Below, in pieces: positions 57,239 to 64,000 of a DNA stretch of 64,000 nucleotides. The stretch's first letter is position 1. Each line of letters starts with the position of its first letter. Position numbers and translations under genes: made by a program. Under the pieces are notes generated by a model. That model saw only the letters and a list, made by a program, of their open reading frames with translations. It searched no databases and was not told the DNA's origin. Source of the DNA: Patescibacteria group bacterium (GTDB lineage Bacteria; Patescibacteriota; Patescibacteriia; UBA11705; DATKZF01); assembly GCA_049319825.1 (NCBI GenBank), contig JBMORT010000002.1, forward strand, positions 204,072-268,071. The letters are read 5' to 3'.

Positions 57239-57333
57239 TTTTTTTGTAAAGAGATACGCGGGAAAGAAAATGAAACAAGTTCGGCTTTTAAAGACGCGCC
57301 TTGCTAGTTTACTTGTTTTACTTGTCTTGGTAA

Positions 57334-58428
57334 TTATGATTTGACATAATTCTGATTCCCCAGATTCTTCACCATGCCTTTCATTTCCATTATAGTCAGA
57401 TTCGAATTGATTTCGCCAGCGCTGAGGCCGGTCAGCTTGACGACAAGATCGATGTGCTTGGGCTCGTCGGACAAAATTTCCAAAATCCTCTGCTCGATCG
57501 GACTGGCCGGCAGAATTTTTTTGTTTTCGGAATATTCTTCAATTTTTTCAATGTTTAACTCTTCCAATATATCGTCGACGCCGGTCACCAGCTTGGCCCC
57601 CTGTTTGATCAGATCATTGGTGCCTTGACTGACCGGAGAAGTGATCGGACCGGGAACAGCAAACACTTCGCGATTTTGATCAAGCGCGTATTTGGCGGTG
57701 ATCAGCGCGCCGGATGTTTCCCCGGCTTCAATGACCAGAGTTCCGACGCTCAGTCCGGAGATGATTCTGTTTCTGGTCGGGAAATTATGTCGCAGCGGAA
57801 GCGTGCCGATCGGGTATTCGGACAGCAGCAAGCCGCCGTTATCCAATATTTGCTGAGCCAGATAGCGATTAGATGTGGGATAAATATTTTCTCGATCAAT
57901 GCTTGAGCCGAGAACGGCAATAGTTTTTCCGCCGTATTTTATTGTTTCCGAATGAACCAACGAGTCGATTCCCAAAGCCAGACCGCTAACCAAAGTCAGC
58001 TCGGCCTTGACCAGGCCCCGCACCAGTTCCGGCACGATTTGCTGTCCATAGCCGGATATTTTTCGAGTGCCGACTACGGCTAAGGATATTTTTGACAAGC
58101 ATTCAATGTTGCCGCGATAAAACAGCAGCGCCGGCGATCCGTGTATTTGCTTGAGCGGCGCCGGGTATTCCGGCTGAGTGAAAAATATTGCTTTTAACTT
58201 GGCGGATTGGAATTTTTCTAGCTCTGATTCCGGATCAATAAATTTTCGCTTGGCCGCGAATTCCTCGGCCACGGACATTTCAATCCCGGCCTGCATCATT
58301 TCTTGCGGACGTGCATTGAAAGCGTCTTTGAGCGATGGGAAATAATTGAACAATCGCTTGAGACGAACCGAACCGATTTTGGGAAATCTGATAATTCCCA
58401 GACAGTATTTTAATTCTTCGATCAGCAT
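57334..58428 (-). CDS. dprA: DNA processing protein DprA
   Basis: AVVGTR, VSGLALGID, FP.RNRIISGLS, SGALITA, REVFAVPG; start at ATG 58428. Confidence 0.96.
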   Translation of the reverse strand: MLIEELKYCLGIIRFPKIGSVRLKRLFNYFPSLKDAFNARPQEMMQAGIEMSVAEEFAAKRKFIDPESELEKFQSAKLKAIFFTQPEYPAPLKQIHGSPALLFYRGNIECLSKISLAVVGTRKISGYGQQIVPELVRGLVKAELTLVSGLALGIDSLVHSETIKYGGKTIAVLGSSIDRENIYPTSNRYLAQQILDNGGLLLSEYPIGTLPLRHNFPTRNRIISGLSVGTLVIEAGETSGALITAKYALDQNREVFAVPGPITSPVSQGTNDLIKQGAKLVTGVDDILEELNIEKIEEYSENKKILPASPIEQRILEILSDEPKHIDLVVKLTGLSAGEINSNLTIMEMKGMVKNLGNQNYVKS

Positions 58429-58487
58429 ATGTTGTATCAGGTTAACATAAAAGAAATTTTTTGAAAATATGATTAATTTCCGACGCG

Positions 58488-58516
58488 TTGACAAAAAATG
58501 TTTGAAACGATAGAAT
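58488..58516 (+). promoter_or_regulatory. sigma70 promoter with no downstream ORF
   Basis: TTGACA-17-TAGAAT. Confidence 0.7.
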
Positions 58517-58522
58517 TTTATT

Positions 58523-58653
58523 GATGATCGCCCCGCTGCGACAGGGTGAATGGCGCATCGCCCGAATAACCCCTGTTGGCTCACCCATTGCGCCAGCTCA
58601 ACGAAACCGCAAATCGCCCGCAAACAATCATTGTTTGCGGGCCTGCCTTTTTT
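58523..58653 (+). ncRNA. candidate structured small RNA (~130 nt)
   Basis: GC-rich island between a promoter and the palindrome GCCCGCAAACAAT-c-ATTGTTTGCGGGC plus T-run. Confidence 0.5.
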
Positions 58654-58831
58654 AAAAAAGTGCCGTAACCAGTAAAAGGAAATAGCTTACGGAAATAGCA
58701 TGAGTTTTTGGCTCTGCTGTGGGTTTGGCATTTCGAGCTTTATTTTTGTGTAAATTTAGCATGTTATCATTGTTTATTGACAACCTTCATAATTATTTAT
58801 AAACTGAAATCGCTTGAAAAACAATGTCACG

Positions 58832-58860
58832 TTGACATTCTCCATATTTTATGATATAAT
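58832..58860 (+). promoter_or_regulatory. sigma70 consensus promoter giving a ~205-nt leader
   Basis: TTGACA-17-TATAAT with extended TG. Confidence 0.75.
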
Positions 58861-59073
58861 AGAAAGTCAATTCAGAGGAATGGGAGAATGAATTTTTTAA
58901 CAATACGCGCATGATTTTGCTTATCGGCCGGGTCAGTGCTAGCAGCCCCTCCTCTGCTGCCGAGTACCTGCGTTGGTAAGCAATATCATGAGCGGTATTG
59001 TCCGATAGAATCCCCGGATCCTCGAGATAGCGGGGATTCATTGTATACGACAAACTCACGGAAGGAGTTAACT

Positions 59074-59427
59074 ATGTCCAAGTTGGTAGTTCTGGCTCTT
59101 CTGGTCGGAGTCGGTGGCTGTACGCTGAGCGCGGGTCCGCCGGTTCTCGTCAATACCCCGCACTACGCCTACCATTCGGGCGGCCTGTGCAATGACGGGT
59201 TCTACTACGACGGCTATTACTGCCGTGCGGCCCGGTTCGCCCATGTCTTCTACCGTCCACACCCCGAGTACGGCCGCGGCTACTACCACGGCTACTCGGG
59301 CCATGCCTACTACCGCCATCATCCCTACCGCCGGCCAACCGTCGTCGTCACCGATCACCAGCAGCACCGTAAAGTAAAGGTGGTCAAGGTCAAGCGGCCC
59401 CGCCATCGTCCCCATCGCTATCGCTAA
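59074..59427 (+). CDS. His/Tyr/Arg-rich small lipoprotein
   Basis: AAGGAG SD; lipobox VGGC; GC-rich codons; hairpin at 59439-59466. Confidence 0.75.
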   Translation: MSKLVVLALLVGVGGCTLSAGPPVLVNTPHYAYHSGGLCNDGFYYDGYYCRAARFAHVFYRPHPEYGRGYYHGYSGHAYYRHHPYRRPTVVVTDHQQHRKVKVVKVKRPRHRPHRYR

Positions 59428-59482
59428 TCCAAAAAAAAGAGCGCTGAAGCCATGCTTTCAGCGCTCAAAAGTTTTAAATAAG

Positions 59483-60022
59483 CTATATCAATTTTTCCTG
59501 TTCCAAAATCTTGCCAAAGGTTTTTTTTAATTTATTTTTTTCTAATAATGAAAATTTGCGCAATACGAAATCCGCCGCATCGCCCATTTTCCGGCGGTCA
59601 GGCCTGGCCACGCCGATCCGCAGCCGCCAGAAGTCGTTTGATCCAAGCTTGTCCATTATGTCTTGCACCCCGCGGTGGCCGGCGCTTGATCGCGATCGCT
59701 GCAATTTGTATTCGCCCAGTAAAATATCGATGTCATCATGCACGACCAAAATATCGTCCAAATTGATTTTAAAATAGGCGGCGATGCTCTGCGCGGCCGA
59801 ACCCGATTTATTCATAAAAGTCAGCGGCTTGGCCAAAATTATTTTTTTTCCGTCTGCTACGACTTGGTTTATCCAGCTGGACCAGCGCGTTTCTTTCTTC
59901 CAGCCGGAAAATCCTGGCGCTTTGTCGGCGATCATGTCGAGCATCATGAATCCGACATTGTGCCGCGTTTTTTCATATGCGGCCCCGGGATTACCCAGAC
60001 CGATTATTAATTTTGTTTTCAT
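59483..60022 (-). CDS. pth: peptidyl-tRNA hydrolase
   Basis: IGLGNPG..Y..TRHNVGF, KP.TFMN.SG, VVHDD, SAGH.G. Confidence 0.97.
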   Translation of the reverse strand: MKTKLIIGLGNPGAAYEKTRHNVGFMMLDMIADKAPGFSGWKKETRWSSWINQVVADGKKIILAKPLTFMNKSGSAAQSIAAYFKINLDDILVVHDDIDILLGEYKLQRSRSSAGHRGVQDIMDKLGSNDFWRLRIGVARPDRRKMGDAADFVLRKFSLLEKNKLKKTFGKILEQEKLI

Positions 60023-61398
60023 AAAGTCTGTTGTCTTTTTTTTGCAATGAGTTTAATACCGCTGCCGCTTTTGAAAAATTTTTCCCGCAAACTGTTTAAC
60101 AAATAACGGCGATACGAGAAAGACAGCCATTTGGGTTCATTGACGATTACCGCGAATGTCGGCGGATCAATGCCGATTTGATTGATTTCATAAATATACG
60201 GCGGTTTGGCCAGTCGCGATTTGGCGCGCGGCGGCTGTTTTTTTATCAATGATTTTAGCAATCTATCAAGCCCGCTTTGGCTGATCACTTGTTTTCTGGC
60301 TTCGATCAGTTCGACCAGCATTTCCATTAATTTGGAAACGCGAAATCCGGATTTGGCCGAAACAAACACGATCGGCGCCCAAGCCAAAAAAGGCAGCATC
60401 GTCTGATAATACTCAATATATTTTTTTTGCGTTTTGGTGTCTTTTTCCGGTATCAGATCCCATTTATTGGCGACGATGATCAGGCTGGGATGGTTTTCCA
60501 TAATTTGCTGAGCCAAATTTTTATCTTGAAATTCAAGCCGTCGCGAGCAGTCGGTTATCAGCAGCGCGACATCCGATTCCTCTATCGATTGCAAGCTTTG
60601 TTCAATTCCCTGTCGTTCAAGTTTGCCTTTCACTTTGCCTTTTTTGCGCACGCCGGCGGTATCGATGAATTGAAAATTATAGGTGCTTCCGTTTTTGGCT
60701 TTATAATCAACATCGATCGTTTGCCGGTCGCGGGTGGTATGCGGTTTTTCGTTGACGATCACGCGCTCTTCGCCGGCGATGACATTAAATAGAGATGATT
60801 TGCCGACATTGGGTTTGCCGATCAGCGCGACTTTAATTTTTTTATCCACTTTTTCTTTAACGATTTCAGCCGTTTGTTTGTTTAGATTTATTTTTTCAAA
60901 AATAATGTCCAAAAGATCGCCGGAGCCGCGGCCGCTGAGCGCCGACACCGGAATCGGATCGCCCAGCCCAAGCTTATAGAATTCGGGCAGCGTGGCGTCC
61001 TGCCGGGCCGAATCACATTTGTTGACCACCAATAAAATATCTTTTTTATTTTTTAGACGAATGCGCTTGAGGATTTTTTTGTCATCGGCCAGCGGTCCGG
61101 ATTTGGCGTCAACCACAAACAGCACCAAATCGGCCTGGGCGATGGCGATGTCGGCTTGTTTTAGAGATTGCTCTTCGATCAGATCGGGATCCTTCACGTC
61201 CAGACCCGCGGCATCGATAATCGTGAAATTTTCTCCGCGCCACAATACTTGGCCGTATTGTCGGTCGCGAGTGGTGCCGGCGATGTCGGAAACAATCGCC
61301 TGGCGGGTTTCCGTCAGTTTATTGAACAGCGTGGATTTGCCGACGTTTACTCGGCCGGCCAAAACCACGGCCGGGTTTTCTTTTTTTATCTTGCTCAT
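60019..61398 (-). CDS. der: ribosome biogenesis GTPase Der (EngA)
   Basis: Tandem G domains GRVNVGKS and GKPNVGKS, NKCD/NKWD, KH-like tail. Confidence 0.96.
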   Translation of the reverse strand: MSKIKKENPAVVLAGRVNVGKSTLFNKLTETRQAIVSDIAGTTRDRQYGQVLWRGENFTIIDAAGLDVKDPDLIEEQSLKQADIAIAQADLVLFVVDAKSGPLADDKKILKRIRLKNKKDILLVVNKCDSARQDATLPEFYKLGLGDPIPVSALSGRGSGDLLDIIFEKINLNKQTAEIVKEKVDKKIKVALIGKPNVGKSSLFNVIAGEERVIVNEKPHTTRDRQTIDVDYKAKNGSTYNFQFIDTAGVRKKGKVKGKLERQGIEQSLQSIEESDVALLITDCSRRLEFQDKNLAQQIMENHPSLIIVANKWDLIPEKDTKTQKKYIEYYQTMLPFLAWAPIVFVSAKSGFRVSKLMEMLVELIEARKQVISQSGLDRLLKSLIKKQPPRAKSRLAKPPYIYEINQIGIDPPTFAVIVNEPKWLSFSYRRYLLNSLREKFFKSGSGIKLIAKKRQQTL

Positions 61399-61586
61399 AT
61401 CATTGAATATATTATAGCTTGAGAATGAATGAAATTAAAGGGGCGTCCAAGAAAAAAAAACAAGCACTGTGCTTTTTTGTTTTTAACTTAAAAAATCGCT
61501 GCACGACTCCATGATTTTTATTTTTTGGTCCGAGGCTGGCCCGCCGCCGATGAACTTTTATTAGTTTGTGTTTATAATTTTATCAA

Positions 61587-62987
61587 TCACAGATTGGCAT
61601 TATCCGATCCGATGATGACGTAGAATTCAGTGTTTGGCGCCGCCAGCTTCGCCACCCAATCCGGAATATCAGTCGATGATTTCACCTTGAAAATCGTTTC
61701 CAGTACCTCGGTCGTGCTTTGCTTTTGTCCGCCAGTCAAATCGTATATGAAGGTTTGGTCATAATCTTGGCTGGGAGCATTGCCGATTTTTTCTACTTCA
61801 TAGCCCAAGTTCTGCAATTTGAGCGACGTTTTGTAAGCTAAGCCGCTGACTTTGGTGCCGTTCTTTATTTCGATCGATGCCGTGTTTTTATTTTCGATTT
61901 CGTGCTGTCCGATAAAAATATTTTCCACCGCGAATTGGATTTCCGAAAAGCTATTGCCCACCGGTCGCAGCACCGACGCCTCGCCGAATTTTGTCCCGTA
62001 TAAAAAGCCGTTTGGGCCATCATCGAGCACCAAGGTGAAAATATCCCGATTATTGATATCCTGAGTCAGCCGTGCCAGCCGGACAATTTCCCAAATTTCC
62101 ATGTTGGTCGAGGAATTGTCGCTAAAGGTGCTGATGATGGATGAAATTTTTTTGGGATTGAGAAAAAATTTGTATGAAAGCAGTTTCTCTCTGACCGCTT
62201 GTATCACTTTTTGTTGTCGCCGGCTGCGGGAGAAGTCCCCGGATTCGCCATTGTTGCCGTGTCTGGATCTGACAAATTTAAGCGCCTCTTCGCCGGTCAT
62301 CTGCTGCCAGCCTTCTTCAAAGTGCACCACTTGGTATTTGTAATTGTAGGTGGGATATTGATAATCGGTGAATGTCCGGTCAACATAGACATCGATGCCG
62401 CCAAGGTCATCGATAAAATCCTCGAATCCCTGAAAATCAACTTGAACAAAATAATGAATATCCAGATCCAAAATATTGGAAACGATCTCGGTGGCGTATT
62501 CGCCGCCGGAGCCGCTTTGATGGGCTTCGGCAAAAGCGTAAGCGTTATTGATTTTTCCCTGGCCGTATCCGGGCAAATCCACCAGCAGATCCCGAGGCAC
62601 GGAAATTAAAGCCAGTTGCTGAGTCGACGGCTTATAGCTGGCCAGCATAATAGTATCGGTCAGATTGGCGCCGTCGTGTCCGTGACCGCCATTGCCCAGC
62701 ATCAGAATGTTGATTCGATCTTCCTGTTCTCCGGCAAGAAGCTGTTCATGGCCGAGCAGCAGCTGCCCCATGTTTTTAAAAAAACCTGATCCCGGGAATT
62801 GCATGTTTTCTCCGTCAGAGAAAATTACCTGAAAACCAAAAACAGCAAAAACAGCCAGCGAGATGACGAACAAATATATGACCAATCGGCTGACTTTGAA
62901 TATTTTTTTGCCTTTGGGGGCGGAATTATCCTCTTTATTGAGCAGGTTTATTTTGGTGGCGGTGTCTAGATGATCCAAATTTTTCAT
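61587..62987 (-). CDS. LCP (LytR-CpsA-Psr) family protein with LytR C-terminal domain
   Basis: INILMLG, TDTIM, SVPRD, KINNAY, FVRSR, DFSRSRRQQ; IKNGT..GLA. Confidence 0.95.
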   Translation of the reverse strand: MKNLDHLDTATKINLLNKEDNSAPKGKKIFKVSRLVIYLFVISLAVFAVFGFQVIFSDGENMQFPGSGFFKNMGQLLLGHEQLLAGEQEDRINILMLGNGGHGHDGANLTDTIMLASYKPSTQQLALISVPRDLLVDLPGYGQGKINNAYAFAEAHQSGSGGEYATEIVSNILDLDIHYFVQVDFQGFEDFIDDLGGIDVYVDRTFTDYQYPTYNYKYQVVHFEEGWQQMTGEEALKFVRSRHGNNGESGDFSRSRRQQKVIQAVREKLLSYKFFLNPKKISSIISTFSDNSSTNMEIWEIVRLARLTQDINNRDIFTLVLDDGPNGFLYGTKFGEASVLRPVGNSFSEIQFAVENIFIGQHEIENKNTASIEIKNGTKVSGLAYKTSLKLQNLGYEVEKIGNAPSQDYDQTFIYDLTGGQKQSTTEVLETIFKVKSSTDIPDWVAKLAAPNTEFYVIIGSDNANL

Positions 62988-63118
62988 AATTTCTTTATCT
63001 ACAAAATTATTATAAGAGAATATAGATGATTTGACAACCTCTGTCTGTTTTGGTATTTGCTCTAATTTACAATTGGTGATATAATTAGGGCAATTGCATT
63101 AATTCAGATTACATTTAT

Positions 63119-63733
63119 ATGGAAAAAATAGAAACAAATGATCCGATTATCCCCAACAAATCAAGGAAGCGCGTTTTTTTTGAATTTGTCTGGGACTTGC
63201 TAAAAGTCGCTTGCATTTCGCTGGCGATTATAATTCCGGTCAGATATTTTTTAATCCAGCCGTTTTACGTCAAAGGCGCTTCGATGGAACCGAATTTGTA
63301 TGACCATGAATATCTGATAATCGATGAAATTTCTTATCGTTTCAACGGTCCGGAGCGGGGCGATATTGTCGTTTTTAAATATCCGCTCGACCAATCGCAA
63401 TATTTTATAAAAAGAGTGATCGGTCTGCCGGGAGAAAAAGTCGAGGTCAAAGACGGCATGATTTATATTTATTCTACAGATCAGGAGGGCACTGCCAGAA
63501 AGTACGTGTTGAATGAAACGGGATATCTAGATCCGAGCATTAAAACCTACGGCAACCATGCTTTTACTTTAGCGGCGGATGAATATTTTATGCTGGGAGA
63601 CAACCGCACTCAAAGCCTCGATTCCCGCACTTTTGGACCGGTATACCGGGATTTAATCATGGGAAAGGTTTGGCTGCGCGGCTGGCCTTTTAATCGAGCC
63701 ATGGTGTTCAGCGAGGTCGAATACGGGTTTTAA
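63119..63733 (+). CDS. lepB: signal peptidase I
   Basis: GASMEP, FIKRVIGLPG, GDNR..S.DSR.FG. Confidence 0.96.
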   Translation: MEKIETNDPIIPNKSRKRVFFEFVWDLLKVACISLAIIIPVRYFLIQPFYVKGASMEPNLYDHEYLIIDEISYRFNGPERGDIVVFKYPLDQSQYFIKRVIGLPGEKVEVKDGMIYIYSTDQEGTARKYVLNETGYLDPSIKTYGNHAFTLAADEYFMLGDNRTQSLDSRTFGPVYRDLIMGKVWLRGWPFNRAMVFSEVEYGF

Positions 63734-63799
63734 CGTTTCAGACGCGTCATTATATAGCTCAAAATTTTAATCTTTTATTTTTTATCTAATCTTCAACCT

Positions 63800-64000
63800 A
63801 TGCCACGCAGAAAAAAAACCGAAGAGCCGGCGGTAAAAATAAAATCAATTAAAACCCCTCAGCTGGTCAGAGGGATGAAGGATATAATTCCCGGTGATCA
63901 AAAATACTGGAATTATTTAAGGGATAGAATCAGAAAGATCGCCGAAGATTACTCATTTAAAAGAATCGATACCCCGATTTTAGAAAGCGTCAATCTGTTC
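63800..64000 (+). CDS. hisS: histidine--tRNA ligase (N-terminal part, runs off the window)
   Basis: Manual translation MPRRKKT...QLVRGMKDIIP...YSFKRIDTPILESVNLF. Confidence 0.88.
   Translation, partial: MPRRKKTEEPAVKIKSIKTPQLVRGMKDIIPGDQKYWNYLRDRIRKIAEDYSFKRIDTPILESVNLF

Noticed and set aside
58429-58623. N-terminal extension of dprA in the ORF track
   Set aside because: DprA-like sequence starts at ATG 58428; the extension overlaps a promoter and the candidate sRNA

Overview
A 64-kb bacterial chromosomal window in standard genetic code 11. By gene content it is most likely Patescibacteria (CPR, Parcubacteria/ABY1-like); this is an inference from VirB2/TrbC-like pilins, expanded PEP-utiliser genes, SD-less core genes and characteristic intergenic repeats. 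Core genes: trpS, rnj, secG, uvrA, rplS, gmk, cca, rluA-family, asnS, aspS, scpAB, parAB, topA, folC, dprA, pth, der, an LCP protein, lepB and partial hisS. It also holds three tRNAs (fMet, Met, Leu-CAA) and a four-subunit pyruvate/2-oxoacid:ferredoxin oxidoreductase operon. Most notable: (1) A split dikinase-type phosphotransfer cluster: one stand-alone ATP-grasp protein plus three proteins that share a phospho-His swivel domain but have divergent N-termini. One is fused to a winged-HTH, and there are signs of domain swapping. (2) A decayed GIY-YIG nuclease gene between a broken 5' copy and an intact copy of tRNA-Leu, plus co-varying structured trailers after two tRNAs. (3) A tandem RelA/SpoT pair, one with an intact hydrolase motif and one with a degenerate, apparently duplicated HD region. 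(4) A Cys-rich pilin fusion inside the POR operon. (5) Self-contained ORFan cassettes with strong SD sequences, unlike the core genes. (6) Two promoter-to-terminator units without a clear ORF, which are candidate sRNAs. All calls come from reading motifs by eye; no database searches were run.
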